The notes: a model not told the origin generated them from the letters alone. A stretch of 64,000 bases of DNA from Tubulanus polymorphus (GCF_964204645.1 NC_134030.1:22280210-22344209); one strand, 5' to 3'. Shown: positions 40,076 to 53,080, counted from the first letter of the stretch. Numbers and translations: made by a program.

Positions 40076-40579
40076 CTGAAAGATAAAGACGTAAATATAT
40101 TTGTAGATATCATTCATTATACTAAATGATCATCTTCTTATTCTTATTCTTTTGTATTTTCTAGATTTTTTGGGAATCATTTCTGACATTGGACTCAGAG
40201 GCCCGGAACAACCCAACTTCTGACTTTATTTTTTATTTTGGTTTATTCTATTAAGCAAAGTACAATGTACAGCAAAGTACAATGTTCATTGTTCATTGAC
40301 AAAAAAAAATGTTACAATATACAAATTCTATCCTGATGATGTTTGGCAAATGAATATGAATGTATGATATGAAGTAACCTTGCACTCTTAGTGGATACAG
40401 AAGGGTTCTATAAGTGAAGTGATTTCACTGTTCGAAAATTGAAAAGTTTGGTTCATTTTCAATTTCAAGAATGAATATAAAATTTCAATAGCTAGTTTTC
40501 AATACAATTTTATATTGATGAATTTGGACACCATTTGGAATACTCTTCAAAAAGAAGGTCAATCTAATCAGTTCTTTCC

Positions 40580-41245
40580 TCAAAGATTTTTGATTGCTCT
40601 CCAGCAACTAAAATCCATCGAAACCATCCGCATCTCCAAGGCTGATAAAGGCAGCAAATCGTTATTCAAGATTTGATCAATTACAATTCTAAAATGTTTG
40701 CTATTCTCGGTGATTCCAATTTCTACAAATCCATCAAAAACAACCCTTTGAAAAAGATGCAAAGAGCTTTTAATTCAGGTTTAAAAAACATCTCTAAGAA
40801 ATTTCCTGATCATTCGGATTTCATCTCCAAATTCAACTCTCGGCTTCCAAATCTTCCTTATGCTTATGGTCTTCCTAAAATTCATTAACCCAATTCCCCC
40901 TTTAGGACCGATCATTTCTAATATCAATTCTCCATCATATCGGCTCTCCAAATATCTGGCTAAAATACTCTCCCCGGCTTTGGGTAATTTTTCTCACATT
41001 CGGCACAATATGGATCTTTTAGACAAACTCAAAAATTTCAAACCTTATGGCCAAAAATTTATATCTTTCGATGCTGTATCCTTGTTCACAAATATACCAT
41101 TGGAACCAACTCTCAATTTCTTAAACAGAGAAATCCCGGACTCCAATCTTGATCTCCCAATTCCTTTAGTTGCCTAGATTGCATGTTTGAACTTTTGGAA
41201 CTCTCTACAACCAATCTATATTTTCAATTCCAAGACAAATTTTCG
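40580..41245 (+). mobile_element. Penelope-like retroelement RT fragment
   Basis: KADKG, YGLPKIH..P.RPIISNINSPSY.LSKYL, ISFDAVSLFTNIP; frameshifted. Confidence 0.85.
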
Positions 41246-41349
41246 GTTTTGCTATGGGTAACAAAAAAATTTTTCACATTGGCCCGTTTTTTGGTTTTCT
41301 CTCGCGAGAATTCAAAAAGTTTTGTTTTCTAACGCGAGAAAACAGAACT

Positions 41350-42190
41350 AAAACAGCGGAAGATGCATTATTACCGACCCTCGTTAGTCTTTTTGATAAT
41401 GTCCTTAAAATAGGTTCCATCCCAGTGCCCAGGCTAACATGGGATAATCCTACCTATATATAAGCATAAAGGTGATATAAATAATGTAGATAATTTTAGA
41501 AGTATTACCTTACTGTCATGTATATGCATGGGAAAACTATTCACAAGTGTGATCAATGATAGATTTTCCTCTTTTCTAGATTCGAATGATTTGCTGAATA
41601 ACAATCAAGCAGGATTCCGTAAGAACCACAGTATATTTGACCATATTTTCACGCTAAAATCTGTAGTGGACACTTTTCTAGATAGTAATCGTAGACTATA
41701 CTGTGTTTTTATCGATTACAAAAAAATGTTTTGATAGCATTAGGGGAAAGCCCTATGACATAAATTAATCCAAACTGGAGTAACAGGAAAAGTGGTACGG
41801 TGTCAGCCCCTTTTGAAAGCTTCATGGGTCTCAAACAGGGCGAAAACCTTATTATTATGTTATTCTCTGTATATGTAAATGATTTAGAGCAACATCTTCT
41901 CCAAAATCATTGTCCATCGATAATTTTGTCAAAGATGACCAAGTAGAAACATGGTTTAGGTTATTTATTTTAATGTACGCTGACGACATGGTTATGATGG
42001 TTGAAAGTCCGCAAAATCTCCATGAGAAGATTGATGAACTGATAGTTTATTGTAAAAAATGGAAATTGGTCATTAATTGTGAAAAGACGAGATGTGTAAT
42101 TTTCCAAAAAGAAAAAAGGGCTATACCAGAATTCTATCGACAGTAGTTGAAACTTTGGATAGTTTCAAATACCTAGGTATTTTATTTTTC
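41350..42190 (+). mobile_element. Non-LTR retrotransposon RT fragment
   Basis: QAGFRKNHSIFDHIFTL, CVFIDYKK, GLKQGENL, LMYADD; disrupted. Confidence 0.85.
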
Positions 42191-42379
42191 CATACTATTT
42201 ATAACGTATTTATAACATGTAGCTGTATTTATGTAGCTGTAGCATTCCGACTTAACAATAAGGTTTTATGATAAGGTTTATGTTAAGGATTATAAGTTTT
42301 ACAATGAGTTTTATACAAAAAGTTTTACACAGTTTATCGAACGATATTTCCAACAAACTTAAACTTAGAATGGTCGTAT

Positions 42380-42720
42380 TTATAGGTGTGAATCCCATAT
42401 TAACAACAAAACCAAATCAGCAAATAGGGTACTCAAAAAATTAGAAATTCCTTCAATCATTAGACAGATCACTATTCCTGAAACTCTATAACGATTTAGT
42501 CCGCCCTATATTGGAACTACGTTGCCGTTTGGAATCCAACCTTACGCAAATACATCCTGAAACTCGAATCTGTCCAACGTCGGGCAACTAAGCTTCTCAA
42601 TATAAACGTTTACTACCTTACAGGCAAAGACTTGAGGATCTCAAACTCGCTAATTTGAGCCACAGGAGAACATTTCCATGGTATAGGGTTTTTAAAATCA
42701 ATTACATAAATGGTAATTAA
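42380..42720 (+). mobile_element. CR1-like LINE 3' remnant
   Basis: LVRPILE and KLESVQRRATKLL readable across frameshifts. Confidence 0.6.
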
Positions 42721-42876
42721 AGCATTCAAAACTTAATGAACTGGACTAACACTCTACTGCAGAGGTCGCGGCATCTACCACTGAGATCCAGAGTTACGAT
42801 TTAGACCGGACCAGCTACAAGTTTCTGTCCAAACACATAGATTTAGACTGGTCCAAAATCTGGACTGGACCTGGTT

Positions 42877-42969
42877 AGTAATAGGGAAAGTGGGCTTTCA
42901 GATCAGAGGACGAGAGGACGAGACACCACTCATCACCACAAGTAATTTTTTTTCCTAATAAATGGGAGA
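42877..42969 (+). repeat. Left terminal inverted repeat
   Basis: Reverse complement of 60123-60215 with 4 mismatches in 93 nt. Confidence 0.97.
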
Positions 42970-43324
42970 GAATGAACACCAGCCAGAAAATAATAATGCT
43001 AATAAAAATCAATATCATTGCCAATATTGTAAAAAATACGTCGATACATCTAATAAAACACGACATGAAAAAACTGCAAATCATATAAAAAATGTAATAG
43101 ATTTTGAAACGCCAGAAAATTCCAATGAAAGAAAAGAAAGATTAGAAAATATGAATGTGGATGAAATAAAATGTGAAGTTTGTAATGAATTTATAGTAAA
43201 AAGGAATTATAATAGACATCTCGAATCACAAAAACACCATCAAAATTTGAGTAATAATGTTTTAGGAAAAGATTATTTTGATGATAAACCTCAACAAGTA
43301 AAAAAAATCAACTTCAAAAACTAA
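42962..43324 (+). CDS. Two C2H2 zinc fingers; probably the frameshifted N-terminus of pPolB
   Basis: CQYC..HEKTANH and CEVC..HLESQKH; ends after an A-run 22 nt before the next ORF, which has no TAAATG start of its own. Confidence 0.6.
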   Translation: MGENEHQPENNNANKNQYHCQYCKKYVDTSNKTRHEKTANHIKNVIDFETPENSNERKERLENMNVDEIKCEVCNEFIVKRNYNRHLESQKHHQNLSNNVLGKDYFDDKPQQVKKINFKN

Positions 43325-43346
43325 ATCCATTTCAAATAAACCTTAC

Positions 43347-46300
43347 ATGGAAAATGTTAGAAATTATATTGATTCACTAGAAATAAAAGATACAATTGAA
43401 ATTTTAGAAACATTACATAGTAAAATTGGTCCTGCAGCTATTATATTTAGATTTTTTAAAGGTACAACAATAGAAGATTATAGTACATTTAATGAAATAA
43501 TAGAAAAAATACTAGATTTGATAACAGATGTTGAATATCCAAAAATTAGTATCTCTGGGAAAGTAAGTTTTATAAAGTCAGAAGAAAAAATGAATTATAA
43601 TATTCAAACACACTCTAAAGAAATAATTTCAAAAACACAAATAAAAGAGAAGTTAGAAAAAATATTTAATGAATTTAAACGTCATATTGAAGAAAGATAT
43701 TTTGAGGGTTCTGGCTTAACATTGAATGAAATTATATATTTAGATTTAAATGTTTATAATACAAAAAGGAATAAAACATCAAAAAGTAATAAAATGTTTA
43801 AAAATGATTCAAACTTTACAACAGAAAAGGATATTAAAGCATCATCTTATATTAAATTACCATTTACAACAAAAGCAGTAATAAATGTTCAAAATGAAGA
43901 TAATAAATGTTTTCTATGGTCGTCAATTATTAGTTGCTTACATCCAACACAGGAAAATGTTTGTAGAATAACAGATTATCGGAAATATGAAACATTATAT
44001 AAAATTGATCAATATCCAGTAACTATAAAAATGATACCCAAAATAGAAAAAATTAATAATTTAAAAATAAATGTATTCGAATTAATGCAATTACCAAAGA
44101 CAAAAGGTGAAAATATTAAAGATTATACATTGGAAGCTTTATATTTAACAGAATATTATGATGATGAAAATGCTATAGATTTGTTATATTATAAAAAAGA
44201 TGAAAATGAACATTATATGTGGTTAAAACAAATTGATTTATTCTTTAGAACAGAAAGTGATCACCATAATAAAATTTATCTATGTAGAAAATGTTTATCT
44301 AAATTTATGACAGAGAATACATTATTAAAACATAAAGAATTATGTGATAATAAAGATTTTTTGTAGATTAATAATGCCAACAGAAAAAGATTATAAATTG
44401 AAATTTACTAATCATAAATTTAAGAATATTGTTCCATTTGTAATTTATGGGGATTTTGAATCGTTGAATAAAGAATTAACTGATCAAGATAGAAAAGAAA
44501 TATATAACAAAAAGCAATTATTAAAATCAATGGATAAAGGAAATGAATTAAATGAAGACACAATACAAGACCCACCAATTATAAATACAAAAAGTTCATC
44601 AAAGAGCTGCTGCTTATGGAATTTATATAAAATCAAATTATCCTGAATTATATGAAAGTCAATATATTTCTTATAGAGGTGAAAATGAAGTTAATGATTT
44701 TTGTGATAAAATGATTGAATTAGAAAGTGATTTTGCAAAATTATTAAACAAAAATAAAAGAATAGTTATGACAAAAGAAGATGAAATTGATTTTAATTAT
44801 ACAACTCATTGTTGTTATTGTGAAAAACGTTTTTATTCATTTGATAAAAAAGTTAGAGATCATGATCATTTAAATTCAAAATATCGTGGAGCTGCTCATG
44901 AAGATTGCAATTTACAAGCTAAGAAAGTTAATTTCGTACCAATATTATTTCATAATTTATCAGGCTATGATACCCATCTATTTATAAAACAATTATCAAA
45001 GAAATTGGGCACAATTAATCAAGAAATAGAAGAATATAATGCTATGAATGGTGTAAATGTAAGAAAATATGATTTTAAACTATTAGCTAAAACATCTGAA
45101 AATTATATTTCATTTCAATTTGGTTGCATTAGATTTTTAGATTCTTATAGATTTCTAGCAAGTTCATTAGATAATTTATCAAAAAGTTTAGTTGATAATG
45201 ATTTTGTTATAACTCGATATTATTATCCAAATGAACAAGATGTTAAATTATTGAGATATAAAGGTGCAATTCCTTATTCATTTTATAAAACACACAATGA
45301 TTTTAATGTAACAGAATTATTAAAAGATCAATTTTATGATCAATTAAAAGACGAGTATGTGAAAGACGAAGTGTTTAATAGAACATTAGATATTTGGAAC
45401 CATTTTAAGATGAAAAATCATGGTGAATTAGTTGATTTATATTTAAAATCAGATGTTATGATATTGGCTGACATATTTGAAAAGTTTAGAGAAGTTGATT
45501 TGAATCATTTTAATGTTGATCCTTGTTATTGCTACTCTAGTCCTGGTTTAACCTGGCAATGTGGTTTAAAATATACAAATGTAGAATTAGATTTATTAAA
45601 AGAACCAGATATGGTTTTATTATTTGAAAAATCAATTAGAGGTGGAATTAGTGGTTTTATGGGAGATAGGTATTTTAAAGCAAATGATGAATATAAATTA
45701 TTATATATTGACGCCAATAATTTATATGGTTGGGCAATGATGCAACCTCAACCATATAAAAATTTTATATTAACAGAAGTTGAAAATGATGATAAAACTG
45801 AATGGGAAAACGCAATTGCGAGTTTAAAAGATGAAGCACCAATTGGTTATTTCTTTGTAGTTGATTTAGAATATCCTGAAAATATAAAGTTTAAAACAAG
45901 AAACTTACCTTATTGCCCAGAACATTTAACTGTAGATGATAGTTATTTGAGTGAATACCAGAAGAAAATAAAACCGAAAGATCATGTTTTTACAGAAAAA
46001 TTAATACTTACTCAAAATAATAAATACAATTATATTGTTCATTACAGAATGTTAAAATTTTATCTAAAACAAGGAATGAAATTAAAGAAAGTACATAGAT
46101 ATATTGAATTTAATCAATCGAAGTGGTTAGAAAAATATATAGATTTCAATACTCAACAGAGAACCATATCAAAAACAGATTTCGAAAAAGATTTCTTCAA
46201 ATTAATGAACAATAGTTTTTATGGTAAAACATGCGAAAATATTAGAAATAGAAATGATATTGAATTAGTAAATAATGCTGAAAGATTAAGACATTTACAA

Positions 46301-48024
46301 TCAAGTCCTAGACATTTAGGAAATAAAAGATTTGAAGATTATTTAACAGCAGTTAAATTAAAAAGAACGTCAATGAAATTTAATAAACCTATATTTATTG
46401 GTTCAACTGTTTTAGAAGTATCAAAATTATTAATGTATGATTTTTATTATAATGTTTTACAACCACTTTTTGGGGAAAAGCATATTGAAATATTATATTT
46501 TGATTCTGTAACAGCTGACACCCCAATATTATTAAAATGTAATGATAAAATATTGATAAGAAGAATTTCAGAAATAATTCCAAAACAAAATGAATGTTAT
46601 ATTTCATATGGAGAAAAAGAATTAATACAAATAAATGGTTTAATGGATGTTTGGACAAGAAATGGATGGAAAAAATTAAAGAATATTATTAGACATAAAA
46701 CAAATAAGAAAATCTATAGAGTTAGAACTAAATTAGGATTTGTAGATGTTACAGAAGATCATAGTTTAATTAAACGAAATGGTGATGAAATAAAACCAAC
46801 TGATATAAAAATTGGAGATGAATTATTACATAAAAGATTTTTCCAAAGAATGAATCATATGTCATTTGATGAAATAATTGATAATATTCATAATATAGAA
46901 CCCGAAACATTAGAAGAAAAAGAATATTTTATCAAAGGATTTTTCATGGGTGATGGTTCAGCAGTTGTGTATAATTATGTTAATCGCACTCAATATTGCT
47001 GGTATTTATGCAATCAAGACTTAAAATTATTAGAAAGAATAAAGAAATTCTGTGAAGAAGTTTATCCAAATAAAACATTTAAAATCATGGACGTTATGAA
47101 ATCAACAGCAGTTTATAGAATACTCGTAAATAATCCTAAAGATTTTGCTATAAAATATAATGATGAATTCTATATTCATGCAATAGTTAAAAGTAATACT
47201 TCAACAAAAGAAAATATAGTTCCAGATTATGTATTAAATGCAAAAAATAATTTAAGAAAATGGTTCTTCATTGGATTCTATGCTGCAGATGGTTCAAAAA
47301 GTTTCAAAAACCGCAAAACAATATCTTTAGCTCAAAAGAAAAGTTGCTATATCAGGATTGAATATATTATGCAGTTCATTAGGATTTAATATGAATATTG
47401 GATTGATTAAATCTAAACCAAATTGCTTTAATTTAAGCCATGTAGAAAATGAGTTAACAGAAGAAGTTAAAGATTTATTTGAAATATATAACCCAACTGA
47501 CTATGTTTATGATTTATCAACAGATGATGGAACATTCAATTCTGGGTTCCCATTAATCCAAAAAGATACCGACGCCTACATACTAAAAATCAAGACAAAC
47601 GACATAACAAAAGACTTAAAAACATTAAAACATCATTTTTAATTTAAGCAATTATCCCAAAGATCATGAACTACTTAGCAATGATAATAAAAAGATTCCT
47701 GGTAAATTTAAAGATGAATTAGGGGGTGATGAAATGATTGAATTTGTTGGGATAAGAAGTAAAATGTATAGTTATAGAACAAAAGATCATGAAGCTAAAA
47801 AGTTAAAAGGAATAACAAAACATGTGGTTGATAAACATATAGAATTTCAAGATTATATAAAGTGTTTATATAAATCAATTGTAATGAAACACAAAATGAA
47901 TTGTTTAAGATCAGAAGATCATGAGATGTACATTAATGAAGTTGAAAAAACTAGTTTAAATCCATTTGTTGATAAAAGGCATATTTTAGATGATGGTATA
48001 AAAACATTACCTTATGGTCATTAA
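43347..48024 (+). pseudogene. polB: Protein-primed family B DNA polymerase (terminal-protein/OTU-like N-terminus, exonuclease with EndoVII-like HNH insert, polymerase with intein), split by frameshifts
   Basis: NVQNEDNKCFLWS; ExoI YGDFES; HNLSGYD; RDHDHLNSKYRGAAHEDCN; motif A YIDANNLYGWAM; motif B KLMNNSFYGK; motif C YFD//TDA; GKFKDE; RSKMYS. Confidence 0.95.
46505..47567 (+). mobile_element. Intein with LAGLIDADG homing endonuclease inside pPolB motif C
   Basis: Block A SVTADTPILL, block B VTEDHSL, two LAGLIDADG motifs FIKGFFMGDGS and FFIGFYAADGS, block F YVYDLST, end LIQKD|T; one frameshift near 47340. Confidence 0.92.
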
Positions 48025-49347
48025 AACATAAAATCAATATCATCATACTCGAAATCACTATTGTCTTCTTCATTTTCATTTAATTGTTCTTGTATAATTT
48101 GTTTAGGTTCTTCCATTTCATTTTTCTCATTTAAATAAAGTTCTATCTTGTACCACATTTCATCTCGCTCTCTTTGTTTCTTTTTGTTTGTTAATTCGTC
48201 AAATGGAATTATAATATCTATGTTTAGATAATTTACAATCTTATTTAAAAAGAATTCATAATTGATTGAATATGTTATTCTATTTTCCAAATGATACATT
48301 AATATTTGTTTGAATATTTTTTTTATATTTTCCATATCTTCTTCTGTTAATTTAGGTTTTTCATAATAATCGTTAAATAATAAATATAAATACATTTTCT
48401 TTTGTTTTGTGTTAAATGTTGATGGAATAATTGTTTTTATAATATCTTTTTTAGTTATTTCACCATTTTTATTTTTTATTATTTTCATTTTTTCAAGCCA
48501 TTGCATATATTCTGGTGTATGATCTTCTATAGAAAATATTTTAAAAATTTCATCTAGATAATTTAATTTTGGTTCTATGAGAAAATCTCTAGTTTTTTCT
48601 TCACCCCATAAATTCTTTTGCCATCCACATTCATTACAAAATAACACACTACTTCTTGCCTTAAGGTCGCATAACTACATTGTGGACATTTTCGTTTATA
48701 ATTTATTGGTAATAGATCTTCATTAAGCTCTTGGTATTTTCTTACGTTTTCTTTATGTTTTATTGTTCTATTATGTAGATTTGAATTACTTGTTGTAATA
48801 ATCAATTTACAATATTTACAATAAAATGTTTTTCTGGTTAATTCATTATATTGTTGTTCTAACTTTTCAACTGTTTCTTTATTATCTGGTAACGTTTTCT
48901 CATATTTTATTTTTTCTAATAAAATATTTTTTCTTTCATTGAATTCTGCTTCAAATTTATTAGAAATTTTATCTATATGTACTTTACGAAATTGATAATT
49001 CTCACAATCTTCTATATTTTCAGGGCTATATTTTATTCGACAAGGCTTACAGAAATGATCTTTTATATTATCCTTATCATAGAATAAGAAAGGTCTTTTC
49101 CAAATAACTTCAGGTTCAACTTCAGCAGAATTACTATTACTTTCGTTACTATCAACATTAGCCGTTGCGCCATTAATTTTACACTTCTCTGAATGTTTTT
49201 TAACATAATTTCTTGAGAATAATTTATTACATTTTGGGCAGTTTATTTTAGGGGTTTATAATTTTCATCATGTTTTTTCATATGTCGAGCCATATTACTT
49301 TTTCTTTGAAGTTAACCACAAATTTCGCATGCTATCTTCTGATCCAT
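48021..49347 (-). pseudogene. Zinc-finger protein fused to a VLTF3 (poxvirus A2)-like late transcription factor domain; frameshifted
   Basis: ATG at 49347 (MDQKIACEICG), several CxxC/H fingers, zinc ribbon CPQC..FCNECG across a frameshift, then KIFKQIL..EN...SINYEFFLNKI..W, which resembles my recollection of vaccinia A2 (IFKHL..EN...[11 protein letters not shown]). Not confirmed by a search. Confidence 0.72.
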
Positions 49348-49415
49348 TTATTAAGGAAAATTTTTATTAAAATTAATTTTTAGTGATGAGCGGTAATTTT
49401 TTTATGTTATAAATA

Positions 49416-50170
49416 ATGGTAGAATTAAAAGAATACAGAATATTTGTTGATTCTAGAAAACTTACAAATTATAAATCACATAATTTACTAGTTCAATTAG
49501 ATAGAGAATTTAAGAATTGTGTAGCTTTAAAATTAGTTAATATAAGTTTATGTAATTCTTTTTATAATATAACGGATAAAAGTCTAGAACATTTAATTTT
49601 TTCAATCTTTTACAAAAAAAGAAATAAATGGTTTTTTTTATATTTAAAACCAGGATTATATAATTTAGATTAGCACAAGAAATTAATAGAAAAGCTCGAG
49701 CTAAATTAGGAAGTGATTCCGGATTTAGTATTAGAATTTTAAAAAGTGATAGTTCTAATAAAATAATGATTAGGTTAGCTAATGACGAACAATTTAAATT
49801 TACAGTTAGAAAACCTTTAGGTAAACTGTTAGGAATTAACCCAGATATTGTTACAGCATACGCAGAAGGTAGATCAAACTTAATACCTTTTACACATTTT
49901 TATATTTATTGCAATTTGATTGACCCAACAAAAACATTTGAAGCAACTAAAGATACAATTTCTAATTCTGGTTTATTAAATATTTTACCATAAAAAAATG
50001 TCAAACAATTAGGAACGCAAATAAATTATAATTTAGCTGAATGTGATTTCAAACCTTGTATTCCACATTTCAATAATTTTAAATTAGAAATAAGAAATCA
50101 TAATGGTTATTTAATTGATTTGAATAACTTTCCTGTAATTTATGAATTAGTTATAAGATGTAAAGAGTAA
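49416..50170 (+). pseudogene. Minor capsid (penton-like, single jelly-roll) protein, disrupted
   Basis: VDSR..., NSFYNI, PGLYN, YIYCNLI, LEIRNHNGYLIDLNNFPVIYELVI pattern characteristic of Polinton/virophage pentons; internal stops. Confidence 0.7.
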
Positions 50171-50186
50171 TTTTTTCATTATATAA

Positions 50187-50543
50187 ATGAATATAACTGT
50201 TGGACCGAGTATATGTTTTGGATTTGATTTTAAACGTGAGAAAGAAATGAAATTTAACATTAATGATGTAATAACACATATTAAAAATATTGCATTTTCT
50301 AATGAAACAACATTTGAGTATGAAACAACAATTGAAAAAGAAACTTTAAATGTAGAAAAGATTACTAATTTAATTAGAGAATCTTTAAGATTTTATGAAT
50401 TAGATGAAGATTTTATCATCGATGATATTAAGAAAATAATAATTGAAATATATACAAATGAAACTAGTAATGAAATAAATGTTGAATTAATCATAAATAA
50501 GTTAACTAAATATTTTGATGATAGTAATTTTTTTGATAAATAA
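50187..50543 (+). CDS. Polinton hypothetical acidic protein
   Basis: 118-aa ORF starting in the conserved TAAATG motif. Confidence 0.7.
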   Translation: MNITVGPSICFGFDFKREKEMKFNINDVITHIKNIAFSNETTFEYETTIEKETLNVEKITNLIRESLRFYELDEDFIIDDIKKIIIEIYTNETSNEINVELIINKLTKYFDDSNFFDK

Positions 50544-50768
50544 ATGAGTGATGATAATAAGTGGATAATAACTGGATTATATAATGGCGCATTACTATCA
50601 GTTGGAACTGTTGGTTATTCAATGGTATTAAAAAAAGTATTTAAAATGGGAAGTGTTAATGTTGATAGATTTGATATAAATGATATCTTAAAATTAACAT
50701 TAGCAGTTACTTTATCTAATTTAACTATTGATTATTTGGAAAAACAAAAATATATTCCTCCCATATAA
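50544..50768 (+). CDS. Polinton small hydrophobic protein
   Basis: 74 aa, TAAATG start, two hydrophobic segments. Confidence 0.7.
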   Translation: MSDDNKWIITGLYNGALLSVGTVGYSMVLKKVFKMGSVNVDRFDINDILKLTLAVTLSNLTIDYLEKQKYIPPI

Positions 50769-50792
50769 ATGCATAATTTTTTTGCTAAATAA

Positions 50793-51210
50793 ATGGCTTC
50801 TGCAATTATAACTATTATAGGATCGGCAATTGTTAACGCTTTAGCATTTACTGGTGGTGGATATTTATTTAAACATATTGATAAAAATAGTTCATTAGGA
50901 GAACAAAAAAGACATAACTTAGCGTTAGAGAAATACAATAAAGCAGCAGAAGAATATAGAGAAAAGAGGCAAAACTATATGGATTATATTAACAAAGAAT
51001 TATATGATCAGAAGATTTCACATAGAGATTTTCAATCAGTTGATGATGCAATGAGTTTATATAACGCGGTAACCAATAAAGAAAAATTACATCTATACTA
51101 ACCTAAATTATCAGATTATTATACCCCAAGTAAAGAACAACAGAATATGAAATATTATGGATTTTAGGTGGAACTGTTATTGTTATATTTGTAGCATATA
51201 AATTTACTAA
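50793..51210 (+). pseudogene. Polinton membrane/coiled-coil protein, interrupted at 51101
   Basis: Hydrophobic N-terminus MASAIITIIGSAIVNALAFTGGG; readable continuation to a hydrophobic tail (WILGGTVIVIFVAYKF). Confidence 0.6.
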
Positions 51211-51233
51211 TTAGTAATTTTTTTTCTAAATAA

Positions 51234-51660
51234 ATGGAAGATAAAGTTGATAGTATTGATATCATTCCTCATGATATAAATAAAACTAAATTAAAAATAT
51301 ATTTAGAAAAACAAATATTAGAATTTGAAAGTGACTTAAAGATAAAAATATTTAAAAAGTAAAATTATATATTATTTGATTATTAGTGGTTCGGTTACAA
51401 TTAGTTCTGTAATAACATTTCTAGCAATATTCAGTCCATTAACACCTTTAGCTATATCAATTGGTGTGTTAGGATTAAGTTCAAGTGTTTTAACTGGTAT
51501 AAGTTCAAAATTAAATATAAAAAGTAATAAAGAAAAAATTAAAACTAATATAAAAGAAATTAATAAATTAAAGAACACACTAGATTATATCATAAGTTTA
51601 AATGGTCATATAACAGTTGAAGAACAAGATAAATTATTAAAAGAATTAATAAATTATTAA
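51234..51660 (+). pseudogene. Polinton two-TM protein, interrupted
   Basis: TAAATG start at 51234, stop near 51360, hydrophobic hairpin in 51376-51660. Confidence 0.6.
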
Positions 51661-51676
51661 TTTTTTAATTATATAA

Positions 51677-53064
51677 ATGGTAGATAGTTTTCCAAAAGCT
51701 TTCCAATATAATAAATCAATTAAATATAATATTCCAGCAATAGATTTTAATACAGATATTACATATAGAAATGAAGTTTTAGATTCATTTACTAATTTAG
51801 AAATTTATGTTACTGAAACTAATAATTTTAATGCAAAGATGGAAAATATATTTCATGTATATTTAATTAATCTTAAAAAATTGAAAGATGAAAAACAATG
51901 GTTATTAAAATCTAATATGAAGTATTGGCAGAACCAATTAAATTTTGCTGTTTATTGTGCAACAACAGGTTGTGGAATTAGTTGGAATGATCATTTGAAT
52001 AATTCTAAATATAAATTAATTCAAAGTTTATTTAGGTTTCATACATACTTTCAAATAAGAATAATATTAAATTAATTAGAGTGCGCTTTACCAGGATCTA
52101 GGTATTTCAAAGAATCAGATAATAATATTAATTTATCAAAGTTTTATAAAAATTTGTAATGAATTTAATATAGATATAAATAATTCTGATTTTAGAACAA
52201 AAATTGGAACAATAAGATCACTTCCTTGCCCTAAAAAGATTGCAGAATATTGTGCACTTCCCATACCATCTAATAGTTTTTATAATATCTATAGTAATAA
52301 ATTAGGTTATGATAAAATAGAAACTAAGGATTTAGAAACATTAAATTTCAATAAATTACCGACATTTTATGATAATTTAAAACAAGAAAACAATAATGGT
52401 TGGGTTTATTTCATTTTAGAAAATAATGAAGGTTTTACAAAATCAGGTATACAAAGAATAAATCAATCTATTAGAACTTATTTGATGTGTATTCTAGGTG
52501 CACAAGTTGAAACAAGATCCCCAATAATTGGAAATTTAAATACATCATTTGATACACAGAAACAATTCAAATTATTATTTGAAGATTCCATACATAATAA
52601 TAAAAAAAGATCGATTCCAGAAAACATTGTAAGATATCAAAATTATTTAGATAAATCACATATTAGATTAAATTATTGTATAGGCCCTAATCTATTAATT
52701 ATTTCTAATGATTTAGTATTAAAGATGGGAAACATAATTGGTTATAATAATCTAATTAAAACTGCAACAATAAATAATTCATTTGGATTGAATGATATAA
52801 ATAAAAAGATAATTACTGCTCCAAAATTAATGGAAGGTGAAAAAAATAAAAAATATTCAATCAACAGAAACTAAAACTAAGAATATTAAATTGGATAATG
52901 ATTCCAAAATAAAAGATTACAATACTACAGAAAATATTAAAACTGATAATATTCAACATGATATAATTAAAACTGATAATGATAATAAATCCCATGAAAA
53001 TACTAAATTAGCTTTAACTTGTATAGGAATTGTAATCGGAGGAATATTATATTTTAAATTTTAA
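51677..53064 (+). pseudogene. Polinton conserved hypothetical protein with C-terminal TM, fragmented
   Basis: Fragments 51677-52075, 52482-52874 and 52837-53064 with a single TAAATG start; WQNQLNFAVYCATTGCGIS. Confidence 0.6.
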
Positions 53065-53080
53065 TTTTTTTATTATATAA

